From Octopus vulgaris (taxonomy: Eukaryota): a stretch of 64,000 nucleotides of DNA. Below the pieces are notes generated by a model. It was not told the origin of the DNA. It saw only the letters and a program-made list of their open reading frames with translations, and did not search any database. Position 1 is the stretch's first letter. Every line of letters begins with the position of its first letter. The position numbers and the translations under genes were made by a program. Of this stretch, positions 39,201 to 52,400 are shown piece after piece. The stretch lies in assembly GCA_951406725.2 (NCBI GenBank), contig OX597817.1, forward strand, positions 16,492,001 through 16,556,000. The letters are read 5' to 3'.

Positions 39201-42200
39201 CATCGTTTAACGTCCGTTTTCCACGCTAGCACGGGTTGGACGGTTCGACCGGGGTCTGGGAAGCCAGGGGCTGCTCCAGGCTCCAGTCTGATCTGGCAGA
39301 GTTTCTACGGCTGGATGCCCTTCCTAACGCCAACCACTCCGCGAGTGTAGTGGGTGCTTTTTACGTGCCACCTGCACAGGTGCCAGGGGGTGTCCGGCAT
39401 CGGTCACGATCGGTTGGAGCTTTTAACGTGCCAGCGGCACGGAAACCAGCCAAGGCGGTGCTGGCAACGTTTGGATGGTCTTTTTATGTGCCACCGGCAC
39501 AGGAGCCAGTCGGGGCGGCGCTGGCATCGGCCACGTTCGGATGGTGCTTTTTATGTGCCACCGGCACAGAAGCCAGTCGGGGCGGCGCTGGCATCAGCCA
39601 CGTTCGGATAGTGCTTTTTATGTGCCACCGGCACAGGCATCACAACTACTATTACATCACTTTCTGGTTATGTAATGTCTCCTCAGTGTTTAAATTAGAA
39701 AGTAACCTCATTAACGTTAGGTAATTGACCCCTTTATCTTCTGCTTCATGTTTTGTTATTCCAACTTTATTGATTTTGCTTTCCTATTTTAGACTGAGCA
39801 AGTGCACATCAATCCATCCCCAAATCAAAAGTCTGCAGTTTCAGAGACTTATCAATATGATATTGACCTTAGTAAGTGTAACAGCACCATCTTCTATTAT
39901 CATTGACATTTAATTATGTTGATTGTAAGGTTGTAATGCTTCAGAATATGTATTAACAGTATGACATTTTAATTAAAGTATAGTTTATGTGCTAGATGTA
40001 GTGTACCTGATGACTCAATAAATCATAGATATACCACTACACATTTTCGGTTTATTTAGTGCATTTATGGAGTCATCCTGGGAGAGCCCAACCGCCTCCA
40101 AGATATATGCATTAGAAAAGTTAAACTCAAAACTAAGCTAGATCACTTGACGGTTTTACAATACTGTTCCAAACAGTGATAATCAGTATTCCTCCAGTCA
40201 CTTGGTCATGGACACTGTGCAATGCAGTCGACAAGATACAGAACATTAATTCTTTGACTATTTGTCTGCTATGCTAATGTCATCAGCCATTGTGCCTTCC
40301 AAAGTGTTAGATAGTTAATGTATAAATCATGGATATTAAACACATGTTTGGCGTTAGGAAGGGCATCCAGCCGTAGAAACACTGCCAGATCTGACTGGCC
40401 TGGTGCAGCCTTCTGGCTTCCCAGACCCCAGTTGAACCGTCCAACTCATGCTAGCATGGAGAGCGGACGCTAAATGATGATGATGATGATGATTCATCTG
40501 CTTTGTTAAAATATTGGTATCATTTCAAGTTTGTGATTGAACGATTAATACCAAATTGGGCATCTAATAAATCGTATATCATATCACTAATGCTGTTGAT
40601 GCCTTTAGGAAAGATATGAGGATCAAAATATGCAACTACTCCTCACCTAAAGTATAGATGTTTGTTTCTAATCAAATTGGGGCCAATAGAAGACAATAGT
40701 AAAGGTAAATAACAAATTTATTTTGGTAGCTATTATCATCATTCCCATCATTATTATTCATGTTCTGTATTTGTAATTCCATTTTGACATAAATTTTGAA
40801 ACTGTCTTTTGTTCAATTTTTCTTACTTTGATTTTGTTGATCTCAATTTTCTCAGATCAAACCTAACTATGCATTTCATTCCAGGTCTTATTTGTTCTTT
40901 GTGTGTTTTGGGTAAAATCTATTTCAATTCATGGTATTTCTTCACTTATCCATACCAGTTGAATTATCTCCCACTGGCAAAGCATCAAACACTTTTAATT
41001 CTTTGCTTTTGTTATGCTCTCCATAACTAATTTGAACTCATTTTATTTCTAAAATTTACATTCAGTGGGACCATTTTCATATTTATTGAATAACAGCCAA
41101 ATCTCTCCCAAATCATACTCTACTACGAAACACGCTGGAGTTGAACTAGGGACAGCTGATGAAGGGGATTTTTCCTTGTGTAGTTTGTCTTGTACTCTGT
41201 TTTTCTGTTGTAAAAAAATGATTTGTTCCATGCTTGTTTTTCCGTTTTCGTTTTTCGTTTCTCGTTGAGTTCTACGTCTATTTGTGGTGTCCTGTACTCA
41301 CGTATATATATATTTATATATGCATGTATATATACATGTAGATGTAGGTATGTACATATATGTATGTATGCATATATTTTATTTATTACACTATTGTATG
41401 ACTAAGTGCCCTTGCGTCGATTCGATTCGATTCGTTCGTTTCGTTCCGTTCTTCTTCTCCAAGTACTGTTTTATATATAACTTAAAGAAATATACATTAA
41501 ACATTGTAGTTCCTGATATTCAAAACGAATTATATGGTCAGAGCAAGAATCTATTTCATCATAGATTTTATTGATCAGAATTAATTTGGGGTAAACAACA
41601 GCAGCAGTACAACTTATTAATATTTAATAAGTTGGTCACATTTAGCTTTTTATCTTTTCAAACTTACCATTAATTAGCACAGCTTTAAATCTATGTACTT
41701 TCGTATCACAAATAATGTCTTATACTTTCAAAACTGAATCCTCTTTGATATTTCCTTTCTTCATGCTATGGCACCTATAATCATCATCATCATCATCGTT
41801 TAGCGTCCGCTTTTCATGCTGGCATGGGTTGGATGGTGCAACTGGGGTCTGGGAAGCCAGAAGGCTGCACCAGGCCCAGTCTGATCTGGCAATGTTTCTA
41901 CGGCTGGATGCCCTTCCTAATGCCAACCACTCCGTGAGTGTAGTGGGTGCTTTTTACGTGCCACCGGTACAGGCGCCAGACGAGGCTGACAAACGGCCAC
42001 GATTGGATGGTGCTTTTTACTTGCCACCGGCACGGGGACCAGATGAAGCTGGCAACGGCCATGGTCGGATGGTGCTTTTTATGTGCCACCGGCACGGATG
42101 CCAGTCGGGCGGCGCTGGCTACGGCCACGTTATATTTTATATGCATATGTGCAGTGGGCTTCCTGCAAGTTCTGTCTACCAGATTCCTTTACAAGGCATT

Positions 42201-43602
42201 GGTTGGCCTGGGGTTTTAGTAGAAGACACTTTTCCAGGGTGCTGTATAGTGCTGCTAAACCCAAAATCAAGTGATTGTGAAGTGAACTTCTTTACCAGAC
42301 AGCCATACCTGTGCCCCTTCCTTTTTGAGATAGTTGGATATAATTTGAAATAGATTTGGCTATTATTTCTATCAGATCAAGCAGACATGTAGAGGATGGT
42401 TGTTAGGGTATGAAACTTGTAAGTTTAATAAAATCAAGACTAATATAACTTTGTAGAAATTAATTAAATTAATAAAGTAAGGCAGATTGTATGAGGCTTG
42501 TAAACAAACAGCTATGTTGGATGACAGAGAGACATTGGCTGTGACTACTGAGGACAAGCAAAGGTTTGAAAGAAATGAAGCTAGCATGTGCTGCTGGATG
42601 GGTCCTGTCAGTGTGCATGTACAACAGTGTACATGATTTGAGAGAAAATTGGGTATGCGGAGCATCAGATGTAGTGTGTAGGAGAGAAGACTGTGCTGAT
42701 ATGGTCATGAAAGGCGGCGAGCTGGCAGAAACGTTAGCACGCCGGGCGAAATGCGTAGCCGTATTACGTCTGTCGTTACATTCCGAGTTCAAATTCCGCC
42801 GAGGTCGACTTTGCCTTTCATCCTTTCGGGGTCGATTAAATAAGTACCAGTTACGCACTTGGGTCGATATAATAGACTTAATCCCTTTGTCTGTCCTTGT
42901 TTGTCCCCTCTGTGTTTAGCCCCTTGTGGGTAGTAAAGAAATAGATATGGTCATGTAATGCATATGGATGAGGACAGCTGCATCAAGAAGTGCCAATCCC
43001 TAATTGTGGAGGGAACACATGGAAGAGGTAGACACAGGAGGACATGGAATGAAGTGGCGGCAAGATCTTCAGATGTTGGGTCTCATAGAGGAGATGACAA
43101 GGGACTGAGACTAGATGGTTTGCTGCGCTTGAGAAGACACCTCAAGTGAAGTAAAATTGTGACCATCCATGCTTACAAGAATGTCTACTACATCCCTCTC
43201 ACAGCCAAGAGAGCCTAGTCTTGTGGGCTTATGGCTGCTGGTGCCACATAAAAGCACCCGTGCCAGTTCTACATACAAGCGCTGTTTCCGGTACCACGTG
43301 CCCATGCTGGTACCATGTAAAAGCGTCGGTGCTGGTACCGTATAAAATCACTTGTGTTGGCATCACATAAAAGCACCGATGTTGGTGCCATGTAAAAGTG
43401 CCAGCGTCACATTTAAAGCACCTGGTACATTCTGTAAAGTGGTTGGCATTAGGCAGGGCATCCAGCCATAGAAACCTTAGAAAATATAACCTGGGTAGCC
43501 CCCCCCCCCCCAGCTGGTCAGTTCCTGTTAAACCATCCAACACATGCTAGCATGGAGATGGATGCTTGATGATGATGGTGATGGTGATGGTGGCGGCGGC
43601 AG

Positions 43603-43634
<32 letters not shown>

Positions 43635-46600
43635 GCTACTGCTGCTGCTGCTGCTGCTACTACTACTACTAGTATTACTACCACACACACATACACACAC
43701 ACACACATACACACACACACACATATAAAACAAACACATACACACAACACATTTCAAGACAGATATTCTTCAATTTGAGGTGCCAAGTAGTGCAACCAAA
43801 CCTGGAACCGTGTGACTGCAGAGTCAACTTCTCAACCATCCATCCCCTTCCTGTGCTTATGAGTGCTTTTTAGAGTTATACTGACACATAAAGTTCATGA
43901 CTCAGAATCTGATGGAAGGAGTATTGCAACATTTACAAAATGGAGAAAATTCATGCAGGATTTGAAATTTAATGGATGTCGATTCCGTCGATTGCATTTC
44001 TGAACTGCAATGCATGAATCATCTAGGGGTCCCAATCTTCTGTCGTTCTCTGAAGCTCTTACCCTGGATCCTCTTGTTTTTCTTCCTCACTTGCTGACTC
44101 TGCCATCTCTGTCAGATCTTCATCCGCTAATGGATCTGAGTGGGCTTCAATCTGGTTATTAATCTCTTTGGTAGTCATGTCGGTGAAGCCATCTCCTAGC
44201 AATTTTGCCAGCTTCACTGCCTTATCTATTGTGGAGTGGTGGATTTCATCAGGAGAGAATCCTTTATAGTTATTGACCACTTCTGGCCACAATTTCTTCC
44301 AGCTGGCAATGGCCTTCTGAATATTTTAGAGACCCATGCCAGTACTCCTTGAGCAAGAAGTTATCATCCAAGTCCATAGCCTCAACCAGGTTTTGCTGGG
44401 AGTTTTGCATACAGAGTGCCTTAAAAGCAGAACCCTAACCCTTGATCCATGGGCTGGATCGGTGATGTGGTGTTTGGTGGTAAGAATTCAATTTGTATGC
44501 CCTCATATGACAGGTTGAGCACATGACCTCCAGCATTGTCCATTTGGAGAAGCACTTTGAATTCCAGTCCTTTTTCAGTGAGATAAACCTTGGCTTCAGG
44601 AATGAAGCTCTGGTGAAATCAATCCAATGTCAATGGTTTAGTTATCCATGCCTCCTGGTTGTGCATCCAAGCATGTCAAGGAGTCTCACCTTTGCTATAG
44701 TAAGCATCTTCCTCTGGCACTTGAATTCACTGCCAGAAGCCTTAGATGGTGCAGAACTTGTAGGCCCAGAACTTGAGTGAAATTGTAGGACTTGAAATAA
44801 ATTCACAATTTTACACACAAATACAAAACAATACTACACACTTACCTCCCAAGTTTTGTTTTTCATAGAGTATGTGCAATTCTTTGTTTATTCATCTACG
44901 GTACACTACGTATTTTCTTTTAATATATTTTAATTAATGTGTTATACAGTGCAGTACTGTACTGTATTTTTATTAATTTTTAGGCATGAAAATGCTTATT
45001 TTACCACAGAAATAATTAAAATTTAAAAAAATATAAATACCCATCAGCTGCAGAAACCCATGATGTAAATTTACATATCATCATCATCATCATTGTTTAA
45101 CGTCCGCTTTCCATGCTAGCATGGGTTGGACGATTTGACTGAGGTCTGGTGAACCAGATGGCTGCACCAGACTCCAATCTTATCTGGCAGAGTTTCTATA
45201 ACTGGATGCCCTTCCTTATGCCAACCACTCTGAGAGTGTAGTGGGTGCTTTTACATACTACTGCCACAAGGGCTAGTTAGGTGGCAGAATTGTTAGCACG
45301 CAGGGCAAAATACTCAGCAGTATTTCGTCTGCCGTTACGTTCTGATTTCAAATTCCGCCGAGGCCGACTTTGCCTTTCATCCTTTTGGGGTCGATAAATT
45401 AAGTACCAGTTACGCACTGGGGTCGATGTAATCGACTTAATCCGTTTGTCTGTCTTTGTTTGTCCCCTCTGAGTTTAGCCCCTTGTGGGTAGTAACGAAA
45501 TAGGTAGTGGCAACGGCCATGCTCAAATGGTGCTTTTTATGTGCCACCTGCACAGGAGCCAGTCCAGCAGCACTGGCAATGACCTCACTTGAATGTTTTT
45601 TTCACGTGCCACCAGCACAGGTGCCAGTAAGGCGATGCAGGTAACGATCACACTCGAATGGTGTTTTTAACGTGCCATTGGCACGGAGGCCAGCTTGTTG
45701 CTCTGGCAACGATCTCACTCGTATGGTACTCTTAGCACTCCACTAGCACAGATGCCAGTCATCGAATTTGATTTTGATTTCACTTGCCTCAACAGGTCTT
45801 CCCGCGATGTACTGAGGGTGCGATAGGTGAACCGCGATATGGCAAGTGATTACTGTATATGTATTTTGAGTTCTTTAAGCTCTCATCAGTATTAGATATC
45901 AAGTGGAACAACTCTGAAATAATCTGGAATCCTTTGCTTCCTTATCAGAATTCAGAATTCAGTACCAATTGTGTGCTGTGACCACTAGACCAGAACAAAA
46001 TACATAGTTGGCTACGTAAAGCAATGTTGTAAAATTAACAAAATTTTCAATCAGTTCAAATATGTTTGGAACATATTTGAAAAGGGCCATTTTCACTGTG
46101 GTTTGCCTTGGAGAAAAATTCTCAATTTAGGCAAAGATGCAAAATACCAGAATCATTTTGGAGTGCCTCCTATGGACTAATATACATATTTTGAGTTCTT
46201 TATGTTCTTATCAGTAATACTGAAGTTTTTTTTTCTTTTTGGAGTGAGGATGCTGTCTAATTATCTAATATTTTGCTCATTGAGACAAGCATATCATACC
46301 AAATGTTAGCTACAGTATGGTCCTGGGTTTGGATCCATTGTGTGGCATCTTGGAGCAACTGTCTTTTAGCATAACTTTGGGTCAACCTAAGCCTTGGGAG
46401 TGAAATTGAATAGATGGAAACTGTGTGGAAGCTTTTTGGATTGATTGTACCATTCAAAGGTTTAAACTTGTTATACACCATATCACACTTACTCTACCTG
46501 AGTATTACCTTAATGGTACGTGTGTCTGGTATACTCAGCCATTTACATGCTATTTCAATGTACAGATTGTCCAACTGATTGAACAACTGAAAACTCCCAT

Positions 46601-49447
46601 TTGGAAATTCTGACTGAGATCCAAAGAATCAGTCTAAAAAAATATTTTTGAGAGCTGACAAGAAAGCTTAATCTCTGCAACATAGAACTTATTGCTAGAT
46701 GATGCATTGGGGTGGTTTGCAGTTGGATGATGTTCATAACTGGATAGAGGCAACGACATGAAAGGGAGCATATGATCTGAGAGATAGTTACTGAAATAGT
46801 GTAGGAGTGGCTGTGTGGTAAGTAGCTTGCTTATCAACCACATGGTTCTGGGTTCAGTTCCACTGCATGGCACCTTGGGCAAGTGTCTTCAACTATAGCC
46901 TCGGGCCAACCAAAACCTTGTGAGTGGATTTGGTAGACCGAAACTGAAAGAAGCTCGAAAGAAGCTAGTGTGTTTACGTCCCCGTAACTTAGCGGTTCGG
47001 CAAAAGAGGCCGATAGAATAAGTACTATGCTTACATAGAATAAGCCTGAGGGTTGATTTGCTCGACTAAAGGCAGTGCTCCAGTATGGCCACAGTCAAAT
47101 GACTGAAACAAGTATAAGAGTAAAGAGAGAGAAAACAGTTTCAAAATTACCTGATAGGTCTTTGAAGATTGCCTGGATTGATGGTGGAAGGACAGTTCTG
47201 TAAATTCATGTGAGAATTTTGATAATCCAATGATAAATCAATTGAAACTCTTTCATGAACATTATGAGTGGCTCAAAATGTGGGTTTTTTTCCCTAAAAA
47301 TCTGCAGATATTATAATAAATGAAACAAGGTGTTCTAACATCTTGCTTAATTGACATTTCTGAGAAGAATGCAGAAGAAACCTATTATTTTTCAGAATAA
47401 GGCATCACTTGTTACATAAGGAAAAGCTAAACCACTAGAAGGAAATCTCAGTCACCAGGCCATGACTTTTCTCGTCACAAATCGAGCGTCGGCTGCGGGG
47501 TCATTCCGAAAAGCTCTACCTGCGACGATTTCATCTCAATCGAAGGAGAGGAGCTTTCTCTGTCCGGGTTGCGGATCCGTGGAACAAGCTGCCAGACGAG
47601 ATGGTGAAGATGCCGATGACCGCTTTGTTCAAAGTCTCCCTTGACCTCAAGTGGCCTGAACTTTTTACATGAACACCACCCTGTACTTAACTCCATGTCC
47701 CCCTGCATGGCCTTGCTATTTGCTTTTGAGCCAAATTAACTAACTAACTAATTATCTGTTGTATGTCTTCTATAAAACGTTGGAATAACTAAATGTTTTA
47801 TTTTTCTCTTGCAGTAGATTCCTCTGATTTTTCTCAAGCGTCATTAAAATTCTTGGAAGCACCAAATATGGAAAGTAACCAACCTGTAAGAACTCAAAGG
47901 TATTTATGAATTTTTTTATTATTTCTTTTTTTAATGTTGTTAAAGACATTGAAGTATATTTACCCATAAGCATTTAAATTGGCCATATCTGGCTAAAATA
48001 TTCTACCTGTTTCTGGCCTTTTACATCTCACCCTACGATGTCAGTTTAAAACTAAACAATCACATCATTGAAATTTCGAATTCTGTGACAGTGCATGATT
48101 AATTCAAAATAATGTGAATAAAAATGCTTTACATTTGGCTGAGCAATCTGAATGCTAAAGGATGAAATGCCTTTCAAATAAGTGAATGGAAATTATTTTA
48201 AACTAACTTTGGAATGTTGCTTCTGTACTTGTATTGGTAGAAATCTATTAGCTTATGATGTTCTTAAAAATATATGAAAAGATAGAACACGAATGGTGAA
48301 TTGATAAGATAATGAATAGCTACTCAATAGATTGGCTGTTTGTATCTTGTCATCAGTACAACATTGTGTTTATAGTCAAGACTCTTAGCTCTAAACGGTT
48401 TCACACACTGAACTTCAATTTGATATTGAGGGTTGTATAATTGACTTCTATAAACAATGACAGCACTGTGTAACTGATATACATTTTATTGGTTGGCAGT
48501 ACTCACTTTAATTTTTTTGGTGGTAATGCTAACTATGATAGGCCAGTGAGTTATCTATGAGATAGGAAGAGTTGTCTCTCACTTGCTTAATATTATGGAA
48601 ATCGTGACAAGCACTTGCATTATGGATCCTTGTCACTTGTAAAAGAGTTAGCTCTCATAAGAAAAACCTAAACCACTTGAAGGAAATCTCAATCACCAAG
48701 ACTTTATTGAACTGCTTCTTTTTTTGTCTATTTTGTTGCAGTTTCTCTTTCAAATCACTATCTTGCTTTAAAAAAATTTCTAAACATACAAATATAACTA
48801 CAGGGACTTTTCATTTATTTACCTTACCCAATAATAATATTGTTGTTTCTAGTAACCTCAAAATAAACCTATCAAAGAAAAATGATTTAATTATCAGAAG
48901 AGTAGGGAGAATGCTGCTGTCTGGGAGGTGACTATGCTTGGTTTGTGGAAAATGGATAAGTAAGGGTGGCAAATGGTGTACCCAGTGTAAACACTGGTTG
49001 CATAAGAAATGCAGTGGTATCACAGATAGGCTAACAGAGAAGGTAATTAGACTATTTCTGAAATCAGAAGATATAAATAAAAAATCGTCAAATTTAGCTT
49101 GAACACCTTGTAGTTAATTAATGATATGACCTAGTTAATCTAATTAGCAACAATTAACATTAACAAATTAAATCCAATTATTAATGCAGCTAAATATTTA
49201 CACAAGTTTCTTTCTTTCTCAGTGGATCTTCAAGTGAAGAATCTCACAGTAATTTTTGTAAACCTTTACCACCCTCATTTGTTGAAGACCCCAGTTCTAA
49301 ACAAAATCTGTCGACACCTACAGGTATACTGTTTTAGTTATATTTCTTGTAATTTGATAAACAATAAACTTCACAAAATTATCTTTTTAACTAATAAACT
49401 TTGATTATAATTTCACATTTCAAAATTCTTTCATCATCATCATAATG

Positions 49448-49489
<42 letters not shown>

Positions 49490-52400
49490 CAGTGTTGTCA
49501 TCATAATCATCATCATCAACATCATTTAACGTCTACTTTTTTATGCTTGCATGGGTCAGATGAAGTTTTCTTTTATGATGATTAATGAATTCTCTTTATG
49601 CATTTAATTATGTAAGCCATCATTGTTATTTTCTTCAACATCACACTTCTATAGTTACCACTCATATTGCTACAATTGTTTGTAACTTTTCATGAGCCAA
49701 AGAATTTTTTAATGGTCTTATTTTCCATAATATTCTTGACACTGGAAAGATTTTGACCCTTTTTCTGCTGGTATTTCTTGACTTTTTCACTACTGGTATT
49801 CAGTTTATTGACTGCTGAGTTAAGGGAAGCAGAGTTTGTATTTAAAACCATGAAATATTAAAGCAAAGTCGATGTTTATTTATGCTGGATGAAAGTGGTA
49901 AGCTGGCTGGATCGTTAGCACACTGAGCAAAGTGCTTAGCAGTATTTTGTCCGTCTGTACGTTCTGAGTTCAAATTCTGCTGATGTCCATTTTGCCTTTC
50001 ATCTTTTCAGGATTGATAAAATAAGTAGGAGTTGGGCACTAGGGTTGATGTAATCAACTTTACCCTTCACACAAAATTGCTGGCCTTGTGCCAAAATTTG
50101 AAATCAATATTTATTTATGCTCAACGAAGGGAGTGAGCTGGCAGAATTGTTAGTAGACCTAGTGAAATACTGAAATACTTAGTGGCATTTTGTCTGTCTT
50201 TATGTCCTCAGTTCAAATGCCACCGAAGCTGACTTTGCCTTTCAGCCTTTCAGGGTCAGTAAAAAAGGTAACTGTTGAGTACTGGGGTTGATGTCATTGA
50301 CTTATCCCCTCCCCCAAAATTGCTGGCTCTGTGACAAAATTTAAAACTGATACTTTTGGCAGACACCCATAAAATTATCAACCATCGTACAAACAATAAC
50401 TCTGAGCACCTTTTCAAACTCCACCCATCTAACACCCGTGGACATATTTACAAAGTCAGAAAACAGCACAGCTCCCATGACTTTAGGAAACATTTTTTCA
50501 CGCTGAGAGTTGCTGAAGCATGGAACAAACTGCCGGCATCAGTTGTTAGTTGTTGGAGCACTGCATCCTTCAAAACTTCCATGCTTTCTGAGATTCGCCA
50601 ACACTACACCTGATTTTCTCCCCTCCATACACACACAGGCATGTATCTGACTCATACATTGTTCGCTCTCCAGACACTTGTACATTACTGCATGTGCTTT
50701 ATATGCACTGTCTGACAAGTTGTGGTGCACCTGAGCACTGTATACAATGATTTCATTATTATTATACATACCTACACAAGGCAGTGAGCTGGCAGAATTG
50801 TTAACATGCCAGGCAAAATTCTTAGTAGCATTTCGTCTGCCTTTTATGTTCTGGGTTCACTTTGCCTTTCATTTTTTTCGGGGTCGATAAATTAAGTACC
50901 AGTTGCATACTGGGGTTTGATGTAATCAACTTTCTCCCTCCTACAAACTTGTTTCTCTTGTACCAAAATTCGAAACTAGTATTTATGCTGGTGCTTTTTC
51001 ATTGGTCAAATTGGATCTCATTTTTAGTATTTTGGATTATCTTCTATCTTTTACTTGTTTCATGTGTTTGACTGCAGCTCTTCTGGAGCACTACCCTGAA
51101 GGGTTCAGTTGAACAGATTGACCCCATTTCTTTTTCTTCTGAACCTGGTGCTTATTCTCTTGGCCTCCTTTTACTAAACTGCTAAGTTACAGGGACATAA
51201 ACAAACCAACACTGTTTGTCGGGTTGTGATGGTTACAAACACAAGGACACACATACACAGAGAAACCCATGCAAATATATATACATATATGATTGGCTTC
51301 TTTCAATATTCATCTACTAAATCCACTCGCAAGGGTTTGGTTAGCCCAAGGCTATCATAGAAGACACTTGCTCAGGGTACTACACAATGAGATTGAACCC
51401 GGAACCATGTAGTTGGGAAGCAAACTTCTTACCATGCAAGCATACATTGAATAACAAAGTAATCGTGATTAAAATTATTTCTAGGTCATGGTTCTCATGA
51501 AAAATCAAGCGCCGATGATCCTGTATCGGTGACTATACAAAATGTAAAGAAATCCAGGGAATTGGCTGCTGAATCAAAAAATAATTTGTATGTATCTTTT
51601 CATTTTTTTTTTTTACTTGATTATTTCTTGGAGTAGGGAAACAAAAGTGTTTAATTACAAACATTTATAACGCAGGAGTGGCTGTGTGGTAAGTAGCTTG
51701 TTTACCAACGACATTGTTCCAGGTTCAGTCCCACTGCGTGGCACCTTGGGCAAGTGTCTACTACTATAGCCTCGGGCCGACCAAAGCCTTGTGAGTGGAT
51801 TTGGTAGACGGAAACTGAAAGAAGCCCGTCGTATATATGTATATATATATATATGCGTGTGTGTGTTTGTGTGTCTGTTTGTCCCCCTAGCATTACTTGA
51901 CAACCGATGCTGGTGTGTTTATGTCCCTGTTGCTTAGCGGTTCGGCAAAAGAGACCGATAGAATAAGTACTGGGCTTACAAAAGAATAAGTCCCGGGGTC
52001 GAGTTGCTCGATTATAGGCTGTGCTCCAGCATGGCCGCAGTCAAATGACTGAAACAAATAAAAGAGTAAAGAGAGCTAATAGAACATGTTTTTATTATTG
52101 CTTTTAGAAGGTGGTGAGTTGGCAGAATTGTTAGCTTGCTAGGCAAATTGCTTAGCTGCATTTCATCAGCCTTTATGTCCTGAGTTCAAATTCCACTGAT
52201 GTCAGCTTTGTCTTTCATCTTTTCGGGATTGATAAAATAAGTACCAGTTGAGCACTGGGGTTCAAGCAATCAACTTAACCCCTCCCTGAAATCGTTGTCT
52301 TTATGTCAGAATTTGAAATCATTATTATCTTTTCTTTTACGCTAGCAAATCTACCCATCTACAATGGAGGCATAAAACAAGGGAGGGAAGTCATAACAAC

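Noticed and set aside
40060-40180. Possible exon after tttatttag
   Set aside because: The phase-1 continuation hits a stop within ~18 codons; the chain is already consistent via 47815.
41120-41290. CTGATGAAGGGG hammerhead-like start
   Set aside because: No GAAA after the stem; at most a decayed Penelope-like remnant.
43518-43778. Poly-Ser/His/Thr/Val ORFs (also 61121-61501)
   Set aside because: Microsatellite translations.
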